Positions 44,183 to 52,793 of a DNA stretch of 64,000 nt are shown here, piece by piece. The stretch's first letter is position 1. The number at the start of each line of letters is the position of its first letter. Source of the stretch: Nitrospirae bacterium CG02_land_8_20_14_3_00_41_53 (GTDB lineage Bacteria; Nitrospirota; Thermodesulfovibrionia; Thermodesulfovibrionales; SM23-35); the NCBI GenBank assembly GCA_002780895.1, contig PEUB01000036.1, positions 5,547 through 69,546 on the forward strand, read 5' to 3'. The notes beneath the pieces were generated by a model, which was not told the origin of the DNA, made no database searches, and saw nothing but the letters and a program-made list of their open reading frames with translations. A program made the position numbers and the translations under genes.

Positions 44183-44713
44183 TTACTTTTTAAGATATCT
44201 CTCCATCTCCGAATATACACATCCGCAATATTTCTGTCTGTAAAGTCCAAGTTCTTTTGACAGTCTGATGCCGTCCTTCCATCCGGGCCTGAAGTCTTCA
44301 AAATAGAATGGTATCGAATATCTCTTCCCCATCTCTTTGCCTACATTTATTATCATATCAAATTTCTGGTAAGGACTAACAAGGAGGGAAGTTGTGAAAC
44401 CCTCAAGCCCCATCTTTTTTGCGGTTTTTGCGGTCTCCTCAAGTCGCATGGAATAGCATGATATACAACGGTTGTCTTCCCTGTTTACTACAGCCCTTAA
44501 GAATTCCTTCAGTCCATAGTGGTCAATATATTCTATATCAAGACCCCATACCTTCTGGAGTTTTTGCAGAGAATCAAGACGCATTCGATATTCAGTATAA
44601 GGATGGATATTCGGATTAAGCCACAGCCCTTTTACATCAATGCCCTTAGAGAAGAGAGTCTTAAGCGGGTATAAACTGCAATTAGCGCAGCAGATGTGCA
44701 TTAAGAGCTTCAA
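44183..44713 (-). CDS. queH: Epoxyqueuosine reductase QueH (DUF208)
   Basis: 176 aa with an MHICCANCSLYP start and a C-terminal YCGCVYSE cysteine motif. Confidence 0.8.
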   Translation of the reverse strand: MKLLMHICCANCSLYPLKTLFSKGIDVKGLWLNPNIHPYTEYRMRLDSLQKLQKVWGLDIEYIDHYGLKEFLRAVVNREDNRCISCYSMRLEETAKTAKKMGLEGFTTSLLVSPYQKFDMIINVGKEMGKRYSIPFYFEDFRPGWKDGIRLSKELGLYRQKYCGCVYSEMERYLKK

Positions 44714-44727
44714 CTAAAGCACCTGCC

Positions 44728-45030
44728 CTACAGCGAATCCAGTTCAGGTGAGAAGTTTGGATCGATTAGATATGCCTGCTTAAAATATTCATTTGCCTCG
44801 CTAAATTTCCTAAGTTCATATAACGCATAACCTATGCGATAATATGCAGAAGGCTCTGGTTTCTTTTTTATGTACTCCTGGAAAAGCCTGACGGCTTCTT
44901 TATATTTTCCGCTATTGTAATATTTAAGAGCAGTATCATAATCGGTATCAGTCTTTGCAAGAATTGTGTCTGATACTGCAAATAATACAAAAGACATAAT
45001 TATGATAAAAGCGATTTTTTTCATAATCAC
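44728..45030 (-). CDS. Small secreted TPR-repeat protein
   Basis: Signal peptide followed by TPR-like YYNSGKYKEAVRLFQEY...YYRIGYALYELRKFSEANEYFKQA. Confidence 0.65.
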   Translation of the reverse strand: MIMKKIAFIIIMSFVLFAVSDTILAKTDTDYDTALKYYNSGKYKEAVRLFQEYIKKKPEPSAYYRIGYALYELRKFSEANEYFKQAYLIDPNFSPELDSL

Positions 45031-45138
45031 CTCCGTGTTTTACAATGCCGTTTAAGTTTCAAGTTAATATCAATAATAAAAAAAGTTTATCATTATACAT
45101 ATATGTTTGCAAGCCTTATTCAATTTAAATCTTTTATC

Positions 45139-46188
45139 TTAAAACAATCCCTGTGGGACATTTATATTGAGATGCTGATACGCTCTTCTCGTTGCCTGTC
45201 TGCCACGAGGGGTTCTTTCAATAAACCCTTCCTGAAGGAGATAAGGTTCGTAGACATCTTCGATGGTCTCTTTATCCTCCCTTAATGATGCTGCAATGGT
45301 TTCTATGCCAACAGGACCACCATTAAACTTTTCTATAATTGTTGAAAGGAGCTTTCTGTCCATATCATCAAGCCCTCTTTCATCGATATCGAGAGATAGC
45401 AGTGAGCTTCTTGTTATATTCAGGTTGATCCTTCCATCGCTTTTAACCTGCGCAAAATCCCTTATCCGTCTGAGCAGCCTGTTAGCTATCCTTGGTGTTC
45501 CTCTCGAGCGATGAGCAATCTCAAATGCAGCGTCATCGTCGATTTCTGTATTAAGTATCTTAGATGAGCGGAGAACTATTTTTTTAAGATCATCAGGGGA
45601 ATAGAATTCAAGTCTGTTTATTACGCCGAACCTCTCCCTTAGGGGTGAAGTTAGCAGCCCTGTCCTTGTTGTGGCACCTATCAGCGTAAACTTGGGGAGG
45701 TTTAATTTCAATGTTCTTGCACTTGGTCCCTGGCCTATGATTATATCAAGCTGATAGTCTTCCATAGCAGGATAGAGTATTTCCTCCACTATGCGGGGCA
45801 ATCTGTGTATCTCATCGATGAAAAGTATGTCAAGGTCAGCAAGATTGGTAAGTATAGCAGCAATGTCGCCAGGTCTTTCAAGCACAGGGCCTGATGTTGA
45901 CTTTATATTTACCTTTAATTCTGTTGCTATGATATGAGAGAGTGTTGTCTTTCCGAGTCCGGGCGGCCCGCAGAAAAGCACATGGTCAAGAGGCTCTTTT
46001 CTCCTGCCTGTTGCCTCTATGAATATCCTTAGGTTATCTTTAATCCTGTCCTGACCAATGAATTCATCAAATGACCTCGGTCTCAAGGTCAGTTCATAGC
46101 CGAGTTCATCATCTGAAATTGTCTTGTCCGGTATAACAGGATTAATTGTCTTATCCGGTGAGAATCTCTGATTATCTGGTTTTTTCAC
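45139..46188 (-). CDS. ruvB: Holliday junction branch-migration helicase RuvB
   Basis: 349 aa with [15 protein letters not shown] and an [13 protein letters not shown] sensor. Confidence 0.96.
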   Translation of the reverse strand: MKKPDNQRFSPDKTINPVIPDKTISDDELGYELTLRPRSFDEFIGQDRIKDNLRIFIEATGRRKEPLDHVLFCGPPGLGKTTLSHIIATELKVNIKSTSGPVLERPGDIAAILTNLADLDILFIDEIHRLPRIVEEILYPAMEDYQLDIIIGQGPSARTLKLNLPKFTLIGATTRTGLLTSPLRERFGVINRLEFYSPDDLKKIVLRSSKILNTEIDDDAAFEIAHRSRGTPRIANRLLRRIRDFAQVKSDGRINLNITRSSLLSLDIDERGLDDMDRKLLSTIIEKFNGGPVGIETIAASLREDKETIEDVYEPYLLQEGFIERTPRGRQATRRAYQHLNINVPQGLF

Positions 46189-46778
46189 TTAACATCTCCT
46201 GTTCGTTGAGAATCTCTGTTCAGATATTTTAATGCCTCCTTGAGTAGCCCTTCAATGTCATGGTAACCTTTCTTATATGCCTTTTCCAGAGACTCCAGAG
46301 CAATAGATTTTTTATATCCAAGGTTTACAAGAGCAGATAGCGTATCTTCAAAAACCCTGTCAACTGTTTCTTTCGCTGGCGGAAGTTTTTCCCTGAGCTC
46401 AAGGATTAATCTCTGTGCGGTTTTTTTCCCCAACCCTGGTATTCTGCAAAGTTGTGCAACATCTTCAGTCTCAATTGCCTGCAGAAGGTCATTGTGGGAA
46501 ATTCCTGAAAGTATATTTAATGCCATTTTAGGCCCTATACCTGTTATGCCGAGGAGCGTGATGAATATCTTTTTTTCATCTTCTGATGTGAAACCATAAA
46601 GTTGTAATATATCCTTACGCACATGAGTATAGATATGGAGGAAGACATCTTTGCCCTCTTCAGGGAGGATAGATATGGTGTTAAATGTCACATTTACGCG
46701 GTATCCAACGCCACTGACCTCAACAATAAGATTGTCAGATTTCTTGTATATAAGTTTCCCTCTTAATGACCCAATCAT
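46185..46778 (-). CDS. ruvA: Holliday junction DNA-binding protein RuvA
   Basis: 197 aa with MIGSLRGKL, HhH motifs [18 protein letters not shown]. Confidence 0.94.
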   Translation of the reverse strand: MIGSLRGKLIYKKSDNLIVEVSGVGYRVNVTFNTISILPEEGKDVFLHIYTHVRKDILQLYGFTSEDEKKIFITLLGITGIGPKMALNILSGISHNDLLQAIETEDVAQLCRIPGLGKKTAQRLILELREKLPPAKETVDRVFEDTLSALVNLGYKKSIALESLEKAYKKGYHDIEGLLKEALKYLNRDSQRTGDVK

Positions 46779-47470
46779 TTCAGCCCTCTTCGCCTCGGTC
46801 GTCTCAGGTGACTCGCCGAGGACAGCGAATTGGACGACTCCGATAATGCCCTTTTAAATCTTATATTATTTAAGTGGCATAAAGCGAGGGCTAGGGCATC
46901 TGCACTGTCGTTAGTGAGATTCGCGATTTGTGATTTGAGATTTAAGATTTTCATTACCATATCCTGAACCTGCCTTTTTTCGGCCATTCCATAACCGGTG
47001 ACAGCTTTTTTAACCTCGAGTGCACTGTATTCATAGACATTTAGATCCTCTGATGCAGCTGCAAGAAGTGCAATTCCCCTTGTCTGTCCGAGGCTTAATG
47101 CAGCCCTTACATTTTTTGCAAAAAACATACTTTCAACTGCCATTTCCTGAGGTCTATATTCCCTGATAATATCTATGAGGGAATCATAAAGTTTTTTTAA
47201 TCGCAGATGCAGCGGACTTTTTGGTGGTAAAGTAATTCTCCCTGAGGCGATGTAAGTGCAGTTTGGCTTGTTCGTTTGCAAGCTTGAAATCCTGCCAGCT
47301 TTTTGAGCATTGACTGTGGTTATAAGTCCATAACCGCACATGACACTGCCTGGATCGATACCGAGGATTCTAAATTCATCTACCTCATTGTAAGTCGATA
47401 CCGACCGATGCGAACTATTTTTTCCTTGGTACCTCAAAGAGTATCTCTTCCACCATCTGGCAGATGACAT
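46775..47470 (-). CDS. ruvC: Holliday junction resolvase RuvC (N-terminus uncertain)
   Basis: RILGIDPGS and DSADALALALCH catalytic motifs. The ORF has a 20-30 aa extension before the usual M-x-ILGIDPG start. Candidate starts are ATG 47470 or TTG 47434. It contains a heptad array at 46916..46950. Confidence 0.85.
   Translation of the reverse strand: MSSARWWKRYSLRYQGKNSSHRSVSTYNEVDEFRILGIDPGSVMCGYGLITTVNAQKAGRISSLQTNKPNCTYIASGRITLPPKSPLHLRLKKLYDSLIDIIREYRPQEMAVESMFFAKNVRAALSLGQTRGIALLAAASEDLNVYEYSALEVKKAVTGYGMAEKRQVQDMVMKILNLKSQIANLTNDSADALALALCHLNNIRFKRALSESSNSLSSASHLRRPRRRGLK
46916..46950. repeat. Heptad-phased array (gagattc gcgattt gtgattt gagattt aagattt) inside ruvC
   Basis: Five 7-nt units read directly from the sequence. 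They encode KILNLKSQIANL. Confidence 0.75.
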
Positions 47471-48002
47471 GCCCGAGTGTTATGTGGGTCTCTTGAATTC
47501 GCGGGGTGTTATCAGATGGAACTATGAATGTATATGTTGACTTCGATGCAAGCTTTTCTCCTTTTAAGCCGGTAAATGCAACTGTTGTTAGTCTCTTCTT
47601 TTTTGCAACATCGATAGCCTTAAGGATATTGGGAGAATTTCCACTTGTACTGATTGCAATTACAATGTCTCCCTCATCTGCAAGGGCTTTAAGCTGCTTT
47701 GCGAAGATTTCAGAAAAATCATAATCGTTAGCAATTGATGTGATTACTGCCATGTCTGTATTGAGCGCGATAGCTGGGAGACCGGGACGATCTTTCTTGA
47801 ACCTATTAATAAACTCTGCTGCAATGTGCGAGGCATCAGTTGAACTCCCGCCATTGCCAAAAAGGATTAGCTTTTTCCCATCGTTGAAGGCATTGGCAAT
47901 AGCCTTTGCAACCTCAATAATTTTGTCAATATTCTTTTCCTCTGCAAATTTCTCTTTAACGTTGATACTTTCTTCAAATGCCTTAAGTATTTTGTCTTTC
48001 AT
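47415..48002 (-). CDS. gmhA: D-sedoheptulose-7-phosphate isomerase (SIS domain)
   Basis: FGNGGSSTDASHIAAEF and ISTSGNSPN motifs. The start is set at ATG 48002 (MKDKILKAF). Confidence 0.85.
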   Translation of the reverse strand: MKDKILKAFEESINVKEKFAEEKNIDKIIEVAKAIANAFNDGKKLILFGNGGSSTDASHIAAEFINRFKKDRPGLPAIALNTDMAVITSIANDYDFSEIFAKQLKALADEGDIVIAISTSGNSPNILKAIDVAKKKRLTTVAFTGLKGEKLASKSTYTFIVPSDNTPRIQETHITLGHVICQMVEEILFEVPRKK

Positions 48003-48135
48003 ATCAGCAAGGTTATTAGTTTTTTCCGCCCCGGCAGATTCGCCTGAGGCGAACATGATACCTCTATTTCTTGATTAGAGTAACTAAATCAGAGTTTTTA
48101 TGTCAATCAGTTATATAACTTTTTTACCAAAATCC

Positions 48136-48164
48136 TTGACCTTTCAATAATTCTATGTAATACT
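48136..48164 (+). promoter_or_regulatory. Sigma70-like promoter of the cold-shock gene
   Basis: TTGACC (48136..48141), a 17-nt spacer with TG at -15/-14, then AATACT (48159..48164). This leaves a 5' UTR of about 110 nt, as is usual for csp genes. Confidence 0.4.
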
Positions 48165-48280
48165 ATTCACGAAGTTTCGGAAGTTTTGTTGTATACAGCC
48201 TCAAGGACTATGAATCTTGCGGCTTCTCTATGGCAAGATTCCGTAATCTTCGATTTTTATTAGCAAGGAGGTGTAGCAGC

Positions 48281-48481
48281 ATGGTAAAGGGAACCGTTAA
48301 GTGGTTCAATGAATCCAAGGGTTTTGGATTCATCACCAAGGAAGACGGCGGAGATGTTTTTGTTCACTATTCTGAAATTCAGGGTAATGGGTTTAAATCC
48401 CTGTCCGAAGGTCAGGCAGTGAGCTTCGAAGTTGTTGATGGTCCTAAGGGTCCAAAAGCAGCAAACGTTACAAAACTCTAA
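48281..48481 (+). CDS. cspA: Cold-shock protein (CspA family)
   Basis: AGGAGG RBS and ATG at 48281. [18 protein letters not shown] (RNP1) and VFVHYS (RNP2). Confidence 0.95.
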   Translation: MVKGTVKWFNESKGFGFITKEDGGDVFVHYSEIQGNGFKSLSEGQAVSFEVVDGPKGPKAANVTKL

Positions 48482-48488
48482 GCCAAAA

Positions 48489-48518
48489 ATGCAGGTCCCG
48501 ATTTATCGGGACCTGCAT
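48489..48518. terminator. Bidirectional intrinsic terminator between csp and the convergent lipoprotein gene
   Basis: 13-bp perfect stem atgcaggtcccga/tcgggacctgcat with loop ttta. An A-run on the left gives a U-tract for the minus-strand gene. The tail for csp is weakly T-rich. Confidence 0.65.
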
Positions 48519-48652
48519 TATCAATCTTATAAATCTCCACAAAATATTCAATCTGTGAATTATTTTTTTACAATGTCATTGATTTTGAGGATGAATTTAA
48601 GACTTATCTTGGTTATCACATGCCGCGATAGAAAGCATATAGATTAATGAAC

Positions 48653-49627
48653 TTATCTATATGGGATAAAAACTATATTTCTTATTTCTGCAGGGAGGCT
48701 TTCTTTTGAAGGGCCAAGAGCAGTTACTCTGTAACTCCTCTTGGTTGATGGTTTATCTTTGTCAAGGAATGCAGGGGTCTGGGTATCTCCAATAAATATA
48801 AAACCCTCTTGCTTATTTATCTCTCTGTAAACCTTGTAACCAACTACCCATGTATCAGGAGATTCTTTCCAGCTGAGATATACATTCTCCTTTTTAACTA
48901 TTGCCTGAAGGCCTGAGGGAGAAGATGGCACAAATTCCAAAGGATTTATCTCAACCTCTCCTGAGGCAGGTCCTTCGTCCCTTATATCGGAACCTACAAG
49001 GCTTCTTATTGTATAGTAAACATGCCCTTTTATTGCAAAGTTATCCCTGAATGAGGTTTCCTTAATTGGTTCTTTATGCACAGGCATTAAACGGTATATG
49101 CCTTTCTCATTACTTTTATAGATGTTATAAAGGATTCTATCTCCCGCACTTTCCCAGTTCAATGTCAGAGAGTCATGTTCTACCTTAAATAGAATTTTTC
49201 CGGGAGGGGGAGGTACGGTTTCAGGATCAATTTGTATGATATTTGAGTCATTACTTATTACATTTTTCAGATTCTGGGAAACGATTTTATATTTGTATTT
49301 AGAGCCTATTTTAAAATCATTATCTATATAAGACCGCTTATTATTTTCAAGGGTGGCGATCTTTTCAAAATCCCCACCTGTTGATTTCATCAGGTAAAAT
49401 CCTTTTATTGCTGGTTCTTTATCTTTTGGAAATTCCCACAGGAGGATAATCTCTGATTCTCTGTGGACGGCCCTGAGCGCAGAAGGCGGATCCGGCTTTT
49501 CGTATGATTTGAGTGTAGGGTCACCTTTTTTGCCACATGAGGGGAGTAAACAGTAAACAGTAAATAGTAAACAAAAGATAAAAAGACCAAATCTGACTTC
49601 TGACTTCTGTATTCTGAGTTCTATCAT
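48653..49627 (-). CDS. Lipoprotein with beta-sandwich (Fn3-like) repeats, function unknown
   Basis: 324 aa. The N-terminus MIELRIQKSEVRFGLFIFCLLFTVYCLLPSCG (signal peptide plus lipobox Cys) is encoded entirely by heptad arrays. Confidence 0.7.
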   Translation of the reverse strand: MIELRIQKSEVRFGLFIFCLLFTVYCLLPSCGKKGDPTLKSYEKPDPPSALRAVHRESEIILLWEFPKDKEPAIKGFYLMKSTGGDFEKIATLENNKRSYIDNDFKIGSKYKYKIVSQNLKNVISNDSNIIQIDPETVPPPPGKILFKVEHDSLTLNWESAGDRILYNIYKSNEKGIYRLMPVHKEPIKETSFRDNFAIKGHVYYTIRSLVGSDIRDEGPASGEVEINPLEFVPSSPSGLQAIVKKENVYLSWKESPDTWVVGYKVYREINKQEGFIFIGDTQTPAFLDKDKPSTKRSYRVTALGPSKESLPAEIRNIVFIPYR

Positions 49628-49634
49628 CTGAAGA
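49544..49634. repeat. Heptad-phased array element (13 units of 7 nt)
   Basis: gagtaaa cagtaaa cagtaaa tagtaaa caaaaga taaaaag accaaat ctgactt ctgactt ctgtatt ctgagtt ctatcat ctgaaga, in one continuous 7-nt phase. Confidence 0.85.
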
Positions 49635-49662
49635 TGCTTCTTTTATTTGGTTGTCATTCTGG

Positions 49663-49751
49663 TCGGAATCGACTCGTACCGAGCTTGTCCAGAATCCTTC
49701 TTTGGTCCCCTTGAACAAAGATAAGAAAGATTCCCGACAAGCGGGAATGAC
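49663..49751. repeat. GTCAT...ATGAC element
   Basis: gtcattctggtcggaatc...gattcccgacaagcgggaatgac. Intergenic, between argH and the lipoprotein gene. Confidence 0.8.
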
Positions 49752-49776
49752 ATCAATACCAGTTTGAGTGATTGTT

Positions 49777-51150
49777 TCATTTGATTAAATTATCGAGTCT
49801 TCTTATCTGTCTTCTGACTTCATCCGGAGCTGTACCACCCCTCGATGTCTTTGCCTTTACAGAATCTTCGGCTTCAATATGAGAATATATGTCTTTTTTA
49901 ATTAAAGGAGAAAATTTTTTCAACTCATTGATAGAAAGCTCTTCGAGTTTCTTTTTCTCCTTGATGCAATAAAGAACAATCTTACCTGTGATTTTATGAG
50001 CCTTCCTGAAGGGTACCCCTTTTTTTACAAGGTATTCTGCAATATCAGTTGCGGTCGAATAGGCATCTCCTGCGGTTTCATGCATTCTCTTTGTGTTTAC
50101 TTTTATGCTTGGTAGCATTTCATTCAGGACGATAAGGCAGGATTTGACCGTCTCCACTGTATCAAAGACAGGCAACTTGTCTTCCTGTAGATCCCTGTTG
50201 TATGAGAGTGGAATGCCTTTCATTACAGTTAAAAGAGATAACAGGTTTCCATAAACCCTCCCTGTTTTTCCCCTGATAAGTTCTGCTACATCCGGATTCT
50301 TTTTCTGAGGCATTATGCTCGAACCTGTTGTAAAAGCATCAGGTAGTTCGATGAATCTGAATTCCTCAGTTGACCATAATATAAGCTCCTCAGCAAGCCT
50401 TGAGAGATGCATGATGAGTAAGGCAGCACTTGATAGGAACTCTATTGCAAAGTCCCTGTCTGATACCGCATCAATACTATTTTGAGAGATTCCCTTAAAA
50501 TCGAGAAGTTTTGCGACATAACCCCTGTCTATAGGAAGGGCTGTCCCTGCAATGGCACAGGAGCCTAAGGGAAGCAGGTTTATCCTTTTTAATGCATCTT
50601 TAAATCTTTCGTTGTCCCTCTGCAGCATCTCAACATAGGCGAGCAGGTGATGAGAAAATAGTACAGGCTGTGCCCTTTGCAGATGTGTATAGCCAGGCAT
50701 TAATGAATTGAGGTGGTTTGTTGCCATATTAAGAAGTATCTTCTGGAATTTCTTTATAAGTGATAGTATCTCTTTTATCTCTGCCCTGAGATATAATCTG
50801 AGGTCAAGTGCTACCTGATCGTTCCTTGACCGTGCTGTGTGAAGTTTTCCACCCACATTACCTAACTTTTTTATAAGTGCAGCCTCGATATTCATGTGAA
50901 TATCTTCGAGGTCTTCTCTGAACTTGAACTTTCCGGTTCCTATCTCTTTTGCTATAATTTCAAGACCATTTATTATCTTTTCAGAATCTGCTTTTGTAAT
51001 GATACCCTGTTTGCAGAGCATCTTTGTGTGCGCAATGCTTCCTTCAATATCGTATCTCCATAAACGGTGGTCAAATGAGATTGACTCTGTGAAGGATTCC
51101 ACGGTCTTTGAGGTCTTTTCCTTGAACCTTCCTGCCCAGGGTTTTTTCAT
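49777..51150 (-). CDS. argH: Argininosuccinate lyase
   Basis: 457 aa with the GSSIMPQKKNPD signature. Confidence 0.96.
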   Translation of the reverse strand: MKKPWAGRFKEKTSKTVESFTESISFDHRLWRYDIEGSIAHTKMLCKQGIITKADSEKIINGLEIIAKEIGTGKFKFREDLEDIHMNIEAALIKKLGNVGGKLHTARSRNDQVALDLRLYLRAEIKEILSLIKKFQKILLNMATNHLNSLMPGYTHLQRAQPVLFSHHLLAYVEMLQRDNERFKDALKRINLLPLGSCAIAGTALPIDRGYVAKLLDFKGISQNSIDAVSDRDFAIEFLSSAALLIMHLSRLAEELILWSTEEFRFIELPDAFTTGSSIMPQKKNPDVAELIRGKTGRVYGNLLSLLTVMKGIPLSYNRDLQEDKLPVFDTVETVKSCLIVLNEMLPSIKVNTKRMHETAGDAYSTATDIAEYLVKKGVPFRKAHKITGKIVLYCIKEKKKLEELSINELKKFSPLIKKDIYSHIEAEDSVKAKTSRGGTAPDEVRRQIRRLDNLIK

Positions 51151-51222
51151 GTTTTTTCCTTGAACCCCATTGTTATATCTTCAAGCTGTTTAAAGACCTC
51201 GAAGATTATCTCAGTAGTATTT

Positions 51223-51432
51223 TTATTCCAAGATATGAACCTGTGGGGCTAATTTTAGGCAATCATCCCGCCACAGGCAGTTAATCTGGTCGCATACCCC
51301 TGCTGCAGCATTGCCGAAACAGTCAATGTTCCCTTCAGCTCGCTGGATGGTACGGATAATATTCTCCTTCTTCATGTTCCCGACCTTCACGCCTTTTTTC
51401 TTCGCAATCTTTCTTACCTGTTTCAGAGTCAT
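51223..51432 (-). CDS. Small SAP/Rho-N-like domain protein with C-terminal Cys motif
   Basis: 69 aa. LKQVRKIAKKKGVKVGNMKKENIIRTIQRAEGN (helix-extended-helix) followed by CFGNAAAGVCDQINCLWRDDC. Confidence 0.6.
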   Translation of the reverse strand: MTLKQVRKIAKKKGVKVGNMKKENIIRTIQRAEGNIDCFGNAAAGVCDQINCLWRDDCLKLAPQVHILE

Positions 51433-51469
51433 AATTGTCCTCCTTACTTAGGTAAACAGTCTACCAAAT

Positions 51470-52303
51470 CTACTTCACTATTTTCAAGCTGATGTCTACC
51501 GATACTGCCGAATGGGTAAGTGCACCAACAGAAATTAGATCAACACCTGTCTCAGCAATATCTCTAACATTTTCAAGTTTAATGCCGCCAGATGCCTCGA
51601 TTATAACTCTACCGTTTGATATCTTAACAGCTTCTTTTATATCACTAACCGACATGTTGTCTAACATCACTATGTCTGCCCCAGCCTCTATTGCCTCATT
51701 TAGATCATGAAGATTCTCAACCTCGACCTCGATTCTGGCAAGATGGTGACCGCCTTTTGCAAGTTTTACAGCTTCTTTGATGCTGCCTACTGCCTCTATG
51801 TGGTTATTCTTTATGAGGATACCATCAAAAAGGCCGAACCTGTGGTTACTTCCTCCTCCCATTCTTACTGCATACTTTTCCAGAAATCTCTGGCATGGGG
51901 TTGTCTTTCTTGTATCAACTATCTTTGCCTTTAGTCCTTTAATGTTATCCACATACATACTGCTGAGGGTTGCAATACCGGAAAGTCTCTGTAATATATT
52001 CAGACTTACTCTTTCTCCTGCAAGAATAGTCCGGGTTTTTCCCAAAACCTCAGCAACCACATCTCCTTTTATGACCTTAGCGCCCTCATTATAAAAGATA
52101 TTAAAGGACATCGAGGGGTCGAGTATTTGAAAAACCTCTCTTGAAAAAGGAAGACCAGCCAGAACAAAATTTTCCTTTGCAATATACAGTGCCCTTGATT
52201 TATTCTCATTAGGTATCAGGAGGGATGTAGTAATATCACCAGGGCCTATATCCTCTTCAAGGGCACGATGAATTAGATCAATCACACTTAAAGGAATCTC
52301 CAT
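51470..52303 (-). CDS. nadC: Nicotinate-nucleotide pyrophosphorylase (quinolinate phosphoribosyltransferase)
   Basis: 277 aa with DTRKTTP, HRFGLFD, IMLDNM motifs. Confidence 0.94.
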   Translation of the reverse strand: MEIPLSVIDLIHRALEEDIGPGDITTSLLIPNENKSRALYIAKENFVLAGLPFSREVFQILDPSMSFNIFYNEGAKVIKGDVVAEVLGKTRTILAGERVSLNILQRLSGIATLSSMYVDNIKGLKAKIVDTRKTTPCQRFLEKYAVRMGGGSNHRFGLFDGILIKNNHIEAVGSIKEAVKLAKGGHHLARIEVEVENLHDLNEAIEAGADIVMLDNMSVSDIKEAVKISNGRVIIEASGGIKLENVRDIAETGVDLISVGALTHSAVSVDISLKIVK

Positions 52304-52304
52304 C

Positions 52305-52793
52305 CTATTCCCTTCTGGATAATAAAGAGAGAAAGCCCCAAACTCCCCCCAAAACAGCGCCTAAGGCAAGAGCAGAATGCCAGTCAAGAAGCGTTGTTAC
52401 ATTTCCTTCGATCTTATTAGCGATAACAAGGAATGCAGAAGTATTCTCTGACTTCACATCTCTTCCAGCCATAAAGCCAACAGCAGATCTGTTAACAATT
52501 GTATGTTCTCTTGAAATGGACACAGGAGAAAATGAAAAATTTATAGATACATTTTCAGCAGCAGTAACACCACTTATACTCTGGTTAAGACTTATATCAT
52601 TTCCTCTGAGGATAGCAGTTGCCCCCTGTGTAACCTCTACCTTTTCTCCGTCTATGCTGAGTGCTCCTACCTGCTGGAGTTCGATATGACCTCCTTCAAC
52701 AGCCCTGACAGTGCTCTGTTTTATATTGATAAACTCCCCCTCAATAAATTCGAGGTCTCTTTCTTCAAGTTCTCTTCCGTCTCTATGGGTCAT
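52305..52793 (-). CDS. Hypothetical tail-anchored protein with repetitive beta-strand-like core
   Basis: 162 aa with a C-terminal TM helix (ALALGAVLGGVWGFLSLL). It overlaps the valS stop by 11 nt and ends 1 nt before nadC. Confidence 0.5.
   Translation of the reverse strand: MTHRDGRELEERDLEFIEGEFINIKQSTVRAVEGGHIELQQVGALSIDGEKVEVTQGATAILRGNDISLNQSISGVTAAENVSINFSFSPVSISREHTIVNRSAVGFMAGRDVKSENTSAFLVIANKIEGNVTTLLDWHSALALGAVLGGVWGFLSLLSRRE

Noticed and set aside
47380-47470. A near-cognate start for ruvC, analogous to acsD, phoH and valS.
   Set aside because: No SD with correct spacing precedes any near-cognate codon next to RILGIDPG. In-frame TTG (47434) and ATG (47470) exist, so a canonical start with an N-terminal extension cannot be excluded.
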